Below, one piece after another: positions 1 through 8,609 of a stretch of DNA of 44,096 nt (its first letter is position 1; the number at the start of each line of letters is the position of its first letter). A model generated the notes under the pieces. It saw nothing but the letters and a program-made list of their open reading frames with translations. It was not told the origin of the DNA and did not search any database. Made by a program: the position numbers and the translations under genes. Origin of the DNA: an uncultured Candidatus Saccharibacteria bacterium (GTDB taxonomy: Bacteria; Patescibacteriota; Minisyncoccia; UBA6257; WO2-44-18); contig CAZJFE010000003.1 in the NCBI GenBank assembly GCA_964545345.1, forward strand, positions 1 through 44,096. Direction: 5' to 3'.

Positions 1-274
1 CATCAACCTGCGTAGCTAGTTCTCGAGTTGGGAGTACCACCAATCCCCTGCCTTTGATTTGTTGAAGACGCTGGATCATCGGAATTCCGAAGGCCAAGGT
101 CTTGCCGGTTCCGGTTTGGGCGATACCCACTAAATCTTTGCCCTGAATTGCCGCCGGAATGGCTTGCTGTTGGATTGGAGTAGGATTTTCGTACTTCAAT
201 TTAGCCAGTGTGCTCAAAAGGTTCGGCGCGATTCCTAATCCACTAAATCCCTGCTCGTTATTCATTAGTTTCAT
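1..274 (-). CDS. DEAD-box RNA helicase, N-terminal part (runs off the window)
   Basis: Hand translation gives the Q motif [10 protein letters not shown], Walker A AQTGTGKT and motif Ia PTRELA. In-frame ATGs at 274 and 265. Confidence 0.9.
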   Translation of the reverse strand, partial: MKLMNNEQGFSGLGIAPNLLSTLAKLKYENPTPIQQQAIPAAIQGKDLVGIAQTGTGKTLAFGIPMIQRLQQIKGRGLVVLPTRELATQVD

Positions 275-327
275 AGAATATCATATTTCAATAAAAAAAT
301 CAACAAAAGACCACGCTTAGCGTGGTT

Positions 328-579
328 CTAGTCTTTTCCACCCCAACGCCATCTTGCCGGCTCCCCTTTCCGCCAGCAAATTGTAATAAGTAGTAAAGTT
401 AGCAGTATCGCTTGAGGCAAGAAGTTTATGAGTGTGTCACTGACCGAATGAGACCGCGAATCAATCCGGTAAAAATTTCCCAATAGCGCCGCCAGCCAAA
501 TTGCCATCACTAGCCAGCCCTGCCAGGTGGATGGGTACCAGCCGTAGCCGTATCTCTTCGCCTTGAACCAATACTTCAT
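328..579 (-). CDS. Small two-TM membrane protein
   Basis: 83 aa, WFKAKRYGYGWYP N-terminus, two hydrophobic segments, hairpin downstream. Confidence 0.75.
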   Translation of the reverse strand: MKYWFKAKRYGYGWYPSTWQGWLVMAIWLAALLGNFYRIDSRSHSVSDTLINFLPQAILLTLLLITICWRKGEPARWRWGGKD

Positions 580-626
580 TTATATAGTTTAACAAAAAGG
601 CCCCTCTTGTCGGGGGCTTGATTGAT

Positions 627-947
627 TTACGTCAGATTTTTTCCTTTGAGAATTGTCTTTGTCTCTTCCACTTCCACCAGCTTCTTGGTCTGCTCGCTTC
701 CGGTTTCCGCGGTCCAGATCGGTTTAATCTCCCGGAGCGTGACCTTACAAGACTGGAAATTGATCTCTCCATACGATCCCTGCTTCGGGTATTCCTTGAC
801 TCGGTTTTCAACAAACGCGGCGGATTCCTCAATCGCCATTGTGTAGGATTCCGATTCAAATTCGTAGTCAATATTGACCCTTCTCTCGCCGCCATCGTTG
901 TGAACTTCTTCCCAAAGTTTCATCACGCCAACCAACTGGAATCTCAC
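627..947 (-). CDS. Hypothetical protein
   Basis: AAAGGAG RBS upstream; hairpin plus T-tract downstream (~594-619). Confidence 0.65.
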   Translation of the reverse strand: MRFQLVGVMKLWEEVHNDGGERRVNIDYEFESESYTMAIEESAAFVENRVKEYPKQGSYGEINFQSCKVTLREIKPIWTAETGSEQTKKLVEVEETKTILKGKNLT

Positions 948-992
948 CGTAGTCTCCTTTCTGGAACTAGCCAGATTATATCGGCTTTAGAA

Positions 993-1445
993 CTACTTGT
1001 AAAGCGCAATTAGTTTTTTCAAATCAGCTAAAACTTCTTCAGCGTGGACTTCCGGTTTGACCCGATCATACTTCTTGGCGACTTTGCCGGTCGGATCAAT
1101 CAAAAAGGACATTCGCAATGTTCCCATATAGGACCGGCCCATGAATCTTTTTTCCGCCCACGCGCCCCATCTTTTGATGGTGATTCTTTTCTCATCCGAA
1201 AGTAGAGTGAACGGTAAGGTGTATTTCTCAACAAATTTAAAGTGACTTTTTTCCGAATCCGAGCTGATCCCGAATACTTGGATCCCTAGCTTTTGGAATT
1301 CCGGGAAGTTATCGCGGATCGCGCAGGCTTCTTTAACGCATCCGGGTGTGTCGTCTTTCGGATAAAAATAGACCAGCACCCACTGGCCGTTGTAATCGCT
1401 TAGCTTATGAATTTTTCCGTTCTGATCCGGCAATTCAAATTCCAT
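993..1445 (-). CDS. bcp: Peroxiredoxin, BCP/PrxQ family
   Basis: YFYPKDDTPGCVKEAC motif. Confidence 0.95.
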   Translation of the reverse strand: MEFELPDQNGKIHKLSDYNGQWVLVYFYPKDDTPGCVKEACAIRDNFPEFQKLGIQVFGISSDSEKSHFKFVEKYTLPFTLLSDEKRITIKRWGAWAEKRFMGRSYMGTLRMSFLIDPTGKVAKKYDRVKPEVHAEEVLADLKKLIALYK

Positions 1446-1828
1446 TATTTTTCGCTGTAAGTTGAGTAGTCCACTGTTAGCTCCTCCCCTTCCTTGATGT
1501 CGCGGTTGCTGTGAAATACCAGATTTTTATCACAGCGGACATTCGGATTTTCACTGGAATGGTTGATGAACCAGCCGACGGTGATGTCATTGAAGTCCCG
1601 CGGGCAAATATATTTTTCTCCGCGGATGACACAGAAGTCGTCATAGAGTTTGATCGTTTCAGGATCAAGTCCATCAAATTCCGATTTTTCCAGGGAGATC
1701 ATTTTTACGTCGTCGTCTCCGAAGAGATTAGTGTCGGCCGGAATGTCTTTAATAGCAAAAACACCAACGCCGCTAATCCTTGAGGGCATCAAGCGAGTAT
1801 AGACGTTGGTGTGGGGTAGTTTTTTCAT
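1445..1828 (-). CDS. SET domain protein
   Basis: GVGVFA, FINHS and EELTVDY SET motifs. Confidence 0.9.
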   Translation of the reverse strand: MKKLPHTNVYTRLMPSRISGVGVFAIKDIPADTNLFGDDDVKMISLEKSEFDGLDPETIKLYDDFCVIRGEKYICPRDFNDITVGWFINHSSENPNVRCDKNLVFHSNRDIKEGEELTVDYSTYSEK

Positions 1829-1845
1829 TTCTTTGTCGTTCGCCG

Positions 1846-2232
1846 TTAGTTAGCAATAAACCCTTGATATAGAAGGAAGGCGCCAACTACCAGGACGACA
1901 ATTTCTCCCAGGATAAACCAACGGACGGTGCGTTTCTTTTCAATCATATATTTGACCGCTTCCGGGAAGAAAATTCTTCCGGTTCCTTTGAGCAACATAG
2001 ACCAGCCGAGAATCGTGATGATCACGGGCCAATCCGCTATCCAAATATTGTGGCTCACCACCATCAGGGCTCCGAGAACCAGAATTCCGAATCCGGCGAG
2101 GAGCATCAACCCCGGAATTTTCGTGACCTCTATTTCCAGCTCTATCATTTTCCGGTAGCGCGTCAACATCGCTAATGAGGCGATCACTGCAATTAAGCCG
2201 ATTACTTTCGCGAGAAAAATTGATGTTTCCAT
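1846..2232 (-). CDS. Four-TM membrane protein
   Basis: Four hydrophobic helices; HNIW motif. Confidence 0.75.
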   Translation of the reverse strand: METSIFLAKVIGLIAVIASLAMLTRYRKMIELEIEVTKIPGLMLLAGFGILVLGALMVVSHNIWIADWPVIITILGWSMLLKGTGRIFFPEAVKYMIEKKRTVRWFILGEIVVLVVGAFLLYQGFIAN

Positions 2233-2328
2233 ATTTATTTTCTATTTAATGCTAATTATAGACTATCACAGATTTAGCGGGCCAGCTCCCGCTTCTATAA
2301 AAAAATTCGCCCACGGGGGCGAAGTTAG

Positions 2329-2778
2329 TTATAGGTTAGTCAGCGCGTCTTGCTCAACTTCGGCGAGCTTTTCGTTCATCCGTTTTAAAACCAACCGGCT
2401 TACCCAAATACTGAAAGGCCAGGGAACGCCGATGTAAGAAATGAAGTAGCTCACCCGGACGCCGTCTTCAACCGGCTCAATCACGAATCTCTGCGAATGA
2501 TCCATCCACCAATGCCTCGGATTTTTCTCGTTGATCGCCACCTCCCCTAGCGGCTGCCAGGCGCTCACCGTGCACATCACCCGATCGGAGCCGAATGGGA
2601 AAATTGGCTTGTAGTTGTGTTCCACGGAGAATTTCGCGCCGACGCCTTCACGTTGCTCGCTTTCAAACTTAAAATCTGAATGAAAAGGATCGTTCTTGGC
2701 GAAATGCCGCAAGTCGCTCAATAAATCCCAAATTTTTTGGGGATCCGCCTTAATCACCCGGGAAGCCGAGTAGATCAT
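2329..2778 (-). CDS. SRPBCC/START-like protein
   Basis: IKADPQKIWDLLSD N-terminus, GVGAKF, C-terminal helix; AGGAGG RBS. Confidence 0.8.
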   Translation of the reverse strand: MIYSASRVIKADPQKIWDLLSDLRHFAKNDPFHSDFKFESEQREGVGAKFSVEHNYKPIFPFGSDRVMCTVSAWQPLGEVAINEKNPRHWWMDHSQRFVIEPVEDGVRVSYFISYIGVPWPFSIWVSRLVLKRMNEKLAEVEQDALTNL

Positions 2779-2931
2779 TCAACCCTCCTTATTTCTTAAA
2801 AGCTGGCTTCAATATAGTTATTTGGCGCTGTTTTAGCAATCCATACTTCACAAAAGCTAACTTTTTCATTATTCTATGAAAAGACTTTGCTCCACAGCTC
2901 CAATGCAAATTGGGGCCTGGGCAAGTCCAGA

Positions 2932-3016
2932 GGAGGCGTCGCATAGTGGCCTAGTGCGCACGCTTGGAAAGCGTGTATACCGAAAGGTATCGAAGGTTCG
3001 AATCCTTCCGCCTCCG
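2932..3016 (+). tRNA. tRNA-Ser(GGA)
   Basis: Acceptor stem GGAGGCG/CGCCTCC, anticodon arm CACGC-TTGGAAA-GCGTG, long variable arm, GGTTCGAATCC T-arm. Confidence 0.97.
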
Positions 3017-3029
3017 CAGAAAACACAAA

Positions 3030-3644
3030 ATGTGCTTAGAGCAAAAATCTGGAATGGGTCGTTCTATTTTTGAAACTGTGACCTTCATATTTGTCGCTGT
3101 AGGTTTTATAGCCAACGCATATCAACTTTCCGAGCTGACAGCAAAAGCAGATATATTATTACGAGCTACGCCTGCCACATTAGAAGCTACAAGAGGGCCA
3201 AAGGTAACCGAATTTTCAATTAGCCTAATTCCTTATAACCAAGGGAGTCTTTCACCCAATTCGTGGAATGCCCTTGCAACTTTTTGTGATGAGATAACTA
3301 TCACAAAATTTGATTCAAATTGGCTAAGAGATCCATCTCACTATGCATTTTATTTGGAATCTAAGAAATCCATCTCTAAGGAGCCAAGGTATCGAAATAG
3401 TGGAGTTGATTCTGTTGGGGAATTTATTATTAATGTCCCAAACGAAAAGAGGGGTCGAACTCCTGTGGTGTTCTTTCAGACTTGGAGAGATAGAAGTAAG
3501 GAAAGGCTAACTGTAACTTACATTGACATGGACTCAAAAGAATTCAGCAATGAGACGGTTTACGACGCCACTTCTTTAGAGGATGGCACCTGTAAAAAGC
3601 TTAAAAGAAGACCAGGACCTGGAGTTTCTTTAAAATACGAATAA
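3030..3644 (+). CDS. Hypothetical protein with N-terminal TM anchor
   Basis: AT-rich ORF directly after the tRNA. Start moved to ATG 3030 (or 3054) to avoid overlapping the tRNA. Confidence 0.6.
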   Translation: MCLEQKSGMGRSIFETVTFIFVAVGFIANAYQLSELTAKADILLRATPATLEATRGPKVTEFSISLIPYNQGSLSPNSWNALATFCDEITITKFDSNWLRDPSHYAFYLESKKSISKEPRYRNSGVDSVGEFIINVPNEKRGRTPVVFFQTWRDRSKERLTVTYIDMDSKEFSNETVYDATSLEDGTCKKLKRRPGPGVSLKYE

Positions 3645-3750
3645 AAACTCGCTTTATTCAAATCGCGCCTCCCAGCATTTCTTACGGCCTTATTCGCGCG
3701 AATGGTGGAATAAGAAAAAATGAAAATCCCCTCATGTTGAGGGGATGGGT

Positions 3751-3972
3751 CTATAGGACGTAGATGTGCTTTCGGCAATCCAGACAAGTTTGGTATCTAT
3801 CATAGCCGGAGATTTCCAGGCCGTCTCCGCAGTAGCTTTTCCAGGGCTTACTCCTTCGGGAATGTTTGCAGGTCGCCTGGAGTTTATCAAGAGTGGTTCT
3901 AGCGGCTTTGCCAAGTTCAATGCACTTCTTCAAAACGGTGGCCTGCTTCCGAATCTCCCTTTGACCGGTCAT
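3751..3972 (-). CDS. Small putative zinc-binding protein
   Basis: CKH...CLDC pattern; AAAGGA RBS; hairpin downstream. Confidence 0.5.
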   Translation of the reverse strand: MTGQREIRKQATVLKKCIELGKAARTTLDKLQATCKHSRRSKPWKSYCGDGLEISGYDRYQTCLDCRKHIYVL

Positions 3973-4107
3973 TGGATTTCCTTTGGTTTAGTTCCACGGA
4001 GATTATAAATAAAAAACCCGCTTTAGGCAAGCGGGGTTAATGGGCATCTTTTTTGCTGGTGGCTTTGGTAGAAATCTTGATCAAGAATGAAACGCAGGGA
4101 TTTGAGA

Positions 4108-4521
4108 TTAAAAACCTATCACGCGAAAAAAATCTGTTCGGCGCGCAAGTTCAAGAGAAATCAGCGCAAGACCTGCGCCTATCCACCAACCAGCCAATAC
4201 GCAAAAAGCTATCCGAAAGCAATTATGTAGAATTAACTTTTGGTATTTTTTATGCTTTCCGCGTAGCTCCGAGAAGACTAAAAGAGTAAAGCTAGGTATA
4301 TAGATCGCGGTTACGGCGAGAGTAATCAATCCAATGAGTTTCGTAGCTCCCCACCAGTCAGTCCAACACATTGGGGCTGAAAAGAAGATGAAGATCAGAG
4401 CAAAAAGACAGCTACAAATAGTGATGCCCTTTTTCGGAAAAATCGGAATTTGATAACCGCAATCAGCGCAGACCATTTCTGAAATATGCGAATGAGGACA
4501 CGACATTTGAAGCTCGGTCAT
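4108..4521 (-). CDS. Membrane protein with N-terminal CPH...CADC motif
   Basis: Cys motif followed by three hydrophobic segments. Confidence 0.55.
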   Translation of the reverse strand: MTELQMSCPHSHISEMVCADCGYQIPIFPKKGITICSCLFALIFIFFSAPMCWTDWWGATKLIGLITLAVTAIYIPSFTLLVFSELRGKHKKYQKLILHNCFRIAFCVLAGWWIGAGLALISLELARRTDFFRVIGF

Positions 4522-4595
4522 AATTATGCTTTCAATGTCCCGCTGGGATTGTAAAAGAAACTATCGCTTTTGTGAAGTCTGATATAATTTCAAAA

Positions 4596-5153
4596 ATGAA
4601 ACTTGGTAAACTTTTTTATGCTCCGAACAGAAAAATCTGGCGGAAGTGGCTGGAGAAGAATCACGCCAAGCAGAAAGAAATCTGGTTGGTCTATTACAAA
4701 AAAAGTTCCGGGAAACCACGGGTGGAATATGGCGACGCGGTGGACGAAGCGCTCTGCTTTGGCTGGATAGATAGCACCGTAAAAACGGTAGATAAATATT
4801 CCTTTGCACAAAGGTTTAGCCCGCGCAATCCGAGAAGCGACTGGTCGGAGTTGAATAAAGAAAAGGCCCGCCGATTATTCAAAGCCGGCCTGATGCATCC
4901 GGCCGGAATCGCCGCCACCAAAGGCCACCATAAAGCCGAGAGCGCCGGGAAGATCATAATCCCCCTCTGGCTACAAAAGGCGATGAAAAAAGATATGCGG
5001 GTCTGGAATAATTTTAAAAAGTTTCCGGAGCACTACCGCCGCATTCGCATCGCCTGGATTACCGCTTCGGCCTGGAATCGCGGCCGTAAGACCCGCCTCG
5101 CCTACTTCCTGAAAATGACGGCGAAGAATAAGAAATACGGAATGCTGCAGTAG
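4596..5153 (+). CDS. YdeI/OmpD-associated family protein
   Basis: WRKWLEKNH, EALCFGWIDS and RFSPRNPRSDWSELNK motifs. Confidence 0.9.
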   Translation: MKLGKLFYAPNRKIWRKWLEKNHAKQKEIWLVYYKKSSGKPRVEYGDAVDEALCFGWIDSTVKTVDKYSFAQRFSPRNPRSDWSELNKEKARRLFKAGLMHPAGIAATKGHHKAESAGKIIIPLWLQKAMKKDMRVWNNFKKFPEHYRRIRIAWITASAWNRGRKTRLAYFLKMTAKNKKYGMLQ

Positions 5154-5933
5154 TTAGTTAAAGAACTTTAGGAGTTCCCTACCGAGTTTCGGTTCGCCGC
5201 GTTGAGGACTTGGATGGCAGCCATCGGAGACTGTTTCAGTGTTCTGCGCTGTTGCCCCGGTGGAAGGAATCTGGTCGTCAGAGATAAGATCGCCGACATC
5301 AGGACCGGTTTTCGCTCGGCCTTCTTTAACTAATCGATTAGCTAATAGTTGTGCCCGTAGCGGGCCGTTTTTCCCGGTAATACCACAGACGTGCGGCTCC
5401 ACGAATCCATTTAAAGCGGAGACATAGATCGTTACACCGGGAATTTTGCGTTTGACTTCATCTATGGTGGCAACCGCTCCGTTGTAGCTGGCCTGATCGG
5501 ATTCTACAGCACGAAGACATAGGCCCATCCAGAGAGTTTTTGCTCCGGGATTCGCTTTGTTCATCACGTCAAACTCATCCCAATACTTCAAGTTAGGATC
5601 ACTAATACTCTTAGCCCAAGCCACGGGCGTGCCGCCACCATAAGTTTTGTCCGTGGTAGGATTCCAAATTCGCTTGCCGCCCACCGCGCGATAACCCTGC
5701 ACGGTATCGCGAATATTTGAACAACCGACAAAACCAATCGGGCCGCCGGGGATTCCGCTTGTTGGAGAAGGAGTGGGAGTTGGGGAGGGCGGTGGATTAA
5801 CCGGTAGTGTTGCCGGGGGTGGTGGGGTGCCGACCGGAGAGGGATTACTATATTGCTGGCCAATATAAAAAGCTCCGCTAACCAAAACGGTAATAAATGC
5901 TATTAAAACTGCTATTCGCGCTCCGAATCCCAT
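5154..5933 (-). CDS. Membrane-anchored/secreted protein with Pro/Thr-rich linker and possible SGNH-like domain
   Basis: N-terminal TM, PPPPATLPVNPPPSPTPTPSPT linker, FVGCS and DGCHP motifs. Confidence 0.65.
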   Translation of the reverse strand: MGFGARIAVLIAFITVLVSGAFYIGQQYSNPSPVGTPPPPATLPVNPPPSPTPTPSPTSGIPGGPIGFVGCSNIRDTVQGYRAVGGKRIWNPTTDKTYGGGTPVAWAKSISDPNLKYWDEFDVMNKANPGAKTLWMGLCLRAVESDQASYNGAVATIDEVKRKIPGVTIYVSALNGFVEPHVCGITGKNGPLRAQLLANRLVKEGRAKTGPDVGDLISDDQIPSTGATAQNTETVSDGCHPSPQRGEPKLGRELLKFFN

Positions 5934-5968
5934 TAAAAGTATTTTAGCACATGTGATATTCTAGAAAT

Positions 5969-6244
5969 ATGGGTTTTGAGAAAATAAATAATTTTGAACA
6001 ATCGGAACCGCAGAGACCGGAAGCCGTGCCATATTTAGAAAATTACGCGACTGCCGCTCAAGATCAAGCTCACATCAAACCCGAACTGGAGAGGATTTTT
6101 AACAACGCCGACTACGACACAAAACAGCATTTTGAGAATTGCAGTAAGTGTCAGAAAAAAGCCGGAGAGATGATTAAGCGCGACACCAGAAAATTCAAAA
6201 AGCCACGGACCGATCCCGCCTGGATGCTGAAAAAAGAAATATAA
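5969..6244 (+). CDS. Hypothetical protein
   Basis: ATG ORF with HFENCSKC motif; hairpin at ~6254-6277. Confidence 0.6.
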   Translation: MGFEKINNFEQSEPQRPEAVPYLENYATAAQDQAHIKPELERIFNNADYDTKQHFENCSKCQKKAGEMIKRDTRKFKKPRTDPAWMLKKEI

Positions 6245-6288
6245 TTAAATAAAAACTCCCCTCGCGTTGAGGGGAGTCGGTATTTTGG

Positions 6289-6717
6289 TTAACCCTGGGA
6301 ACCGAGCGCCTTAACTTCCAACTCCATCAGCTTGGCGTCCAATGCACTCTGGGTGTCGTCCACCAACTTGTCGCAGGCGATTCTGGCCTTCCCCAGGGCA
6401 TCCTTGTAACTTCTGTGGGCGTTGGACTCGTAATAGTCAGCAACCTGTTCTATCTCATCATGGCTCATATTCTTCATGACAAGCTCATCTTCCGTCTTCG
6501 TCAGTTCAGCGTGCAGCTTCTGTTCTGTCTCAATCGCCAGCCGCTTGCTCTCCACCAGGAGTTTAGTCGTTGGGTCAATCATTTCTCCGGCCGCGGTAGC
6601 AAGCGCGTTAACGACATCCAGACTGCGTCTCAGATGCTCCGCCTTCCTCGCGCGCCCCTCCGCCACGCCCGTCACCGCCAACAGCCGAGCCAGCATCATT
6701 GACTTCGCCGTCTCCAT
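6289..6717 (-). CDS. Hypothetical helical protein
   Basis: AAAGGAG RBS; TTGACT...TATAAT promoter-like sequence at ~6759-6787. Confidence 0.7.
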   Translation of the reverse strand: METAKSMMLARLLAVTGVAEGRARKAEHLRRSLDVVNALATAAGEMIDPTTKLLVESKRLAIETEQKLHAELTKTEDELVMKNMSHDEIEQVADYYESNAHRSYKDALGKARIACDKLVDDTQSALDAKLMELEVKALGSQG

Positions 6718-6856
6718 CGCTTGCTCCTTTCAAAAGGGTTATGAAACGTCCGGGTGGGATTATAGCAGACTACAGTTATTTAGTCAATCTTTGTTTATTT
6801 GGTCTTTAAATTGAGAGTCTGGTAAAATATCTTTAGTTTTTTAAAAGGAGTAACCG

Positions 6857-7762
6857 GTGGAAAAACCCACAAAGGTTGAAGTTCTGAAAAGCGTGGAAGA
6901 TGAATCAGTGAACTTTGTTTTCAGCGGTGAATTTCCCGGATTTGTTGAAGCCCGTTACGTGCGCCGGTCGCCGAAATATTTTGCCGCCTACCTTTCTTCA
7001 CAGACCGGTTGTAAGCAGGGATGCCGGATGTGCCATCTGACGGCTACGAAACAGACTGAGGCGGTGAATGTGGATTGCGGGATGTATCACCAGCAGATAC
7101 GCACGATCTTCAAGTACTATGACGAGCTTTGCGCCGCCGATCCATCTAAGAAGGCCGAGATTATCCATTTCAACTTCATGGCCCGGGGTGAAGCTTTTGA
7201 TAATCCTAGTTTTTTGGAAAACGCGAAGCCCATGTTTGATTTTATGGGAGCGGAATCGGCTCAAAGAAACCTTTTCCCGCGGTTCCTGATCTCTACGATT
7301 ATGCCCAAGAGTTTGATTGGTCAGTCGTTGTCTAAAATTTTCCCGATCATCCATCCGGAAATTTATTATTCCATCTACAGTGTTAAGGAAGAATTTCGGA
7401 GAAAGTGGTTGCCGAAAGCGATGCCGGTGAATGAAGCGCTGAAGATGCTCAAGGAGTATCAGGAAAACACCAAAAAGATCATCAAACTTCACTGGGCATT
7501 TATTGCAGGCGAAAACGACAGCGAAGAAGATATTGCGCTTTTGTGCCACAAAGTTCGCGCCTCGGGAGTGCGGGTGGACATCGCCATCGTGCGTTATAAC
7601 TCATACGACGCGAGCTATGGCGAGGAATCCAGTGAAGCGGTGATTGAGCGGAACAAAGAAATTTTGAAGTCGCTCCTCCCCTTTTCTAAGATCAAAGTGA
7701 TTACCCGGGTCGGTCGTGACGTGAAAGCGTCTTGCGGTATGTTTGTTGAACCGTCTGAGTAA
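6857..7762 (+). CDS. Radical SAM protein, divergent RlmN/Cfr-like
   Basis: SSQTGCKQGCRMC (CxxxCxxC), MARGE, C-terminal ASCGM; AAGGAG RBS before GTG. Confidence 0.85.
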   Translation: MEKPTKVEVLKSVEDESVNFVFSGEFPGFVEARYVRRSPKYFAAYLSSQTGCKQGCRMCHLTATKQTEAVNVDCGMYHQQIRTIFKYYDELCAADPSKKAEIIHFNFMARGEAFDNPSFLENAKPMFDFMGAESAQRNLFPRFLISTIMPKSLIGQSLSKIFPIIHPEIYYSIYSVKEEFRRKWLPKAMPVNEALKMLKEYQENTKKIIKLHWAFIAGENDSEEDIALLCHKVRASGVRVDIAIVRYNSYDASYGEESSEAVIERNKEILKSLLPFSKIKVITRVGRDVKASCGMFVEPSE

Positions 7763-7795
7763 AATAATACCCCTCTGAATAAGAGGGGTACTTTA

Positions 7796-8506
7796 TTAAC
7801 TAGCCGGGGGGTTCTTTTTTTCTCGCTCAATCCGAGCGGCTTCACAGGCCGGGCAGGTGTCATCCATGCTATAGCCGAAGTCTACCGCGCCGCAAACATG
7901 TTCTACCGGCTTATCAAACGGATTGGCCTTCCTCGCTTGCAGATACCGGTTGGACTGGTAGAAGTCTTCTACCGAGCCGGGTTCGGCCCATTTTGGTACC
8001 ACTGATGGCGCAACGATCATTCCGGGAATGTGGAAAGGAACTCGGCCGGGAGAAAGCGTCATGCTCAGGGGGTGGTTTCCTTTTTCCTGGCGGATGCGAA
8101 TCAATTCTTTTCCTTTGAACGAGCGTCCCATGCGGACCAAGCAGTTGCGGATGGAAATGTCTTGGACGTGGGTGCGGCTAGTTTCCTGTTTTGTGTAATC
8201 CAGACCACAGCTGACGTTGGATGGCTCGTCATCATAAACTTCCGAGGCCTCGGCCACCAGCTGATCAACAATCAGCGGATTTTCCCGTAGATACTTGAAG
8301 TAGGCGTCTTCATAAACCCGGCAGGCGCCGAGGAAATCCAGCGTGGCATCGCCAAAGCGCCACACTAAACGCCAATTGAGTTCGCCATAGCCGTTCCGGC
8401 CGTATTGTTCAGTCCATTTCTTGAATTTCTCTTCCCGGTGTTTACCAAGATATCCCGGTCGTTCAACATCCTGCCAAACGCCCCACATCTGGAATCCGGT
8501 ATCCAT
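7796..8506 (-). CDS. Hypothetical protein with C-terminal HxC...CPAC motif
   Basis: Long ORF; probable start MDTGFQ with AAAGGA RBS. Confidence 0.7.
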   Translation of the reverse strand: MDTGFQMWGVWQDVERPGYLGKHREEKFKKWTEQYGRNGYGELNWRLVWRFGDATLDFLGACRVYEDAYFKYLRENPLIVDQLVAEASEVYDDEPSNVSCGLDYTKQETSRTHVQDISIRNCLVRMGRSFKGKELIRIRQEKGNHPLSMTLSPGRVPFHIPGMIVAPSVVPKWAEPGSVEDFYQSNRYLQARKANPFDKPVEHVCGAVDFGYSMDDTCPACEAARIEREKKNPPAS

Positions 8507-8609
8507 TACCGATCCTTTCTTCAAAGAGCAGAGTCCCATCATAAATAAAAAGACCCCTCTTATCAAGGGGTTTTTACTTTATAACTTTATAAACTTTATT
8601 AACTAGCCG

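Noticed and set aside
5760-5845. Low-complexity G-rich tract
   Set aside because: Explained by the Pro/Thr-rich linker codons of the minus-strand gene.
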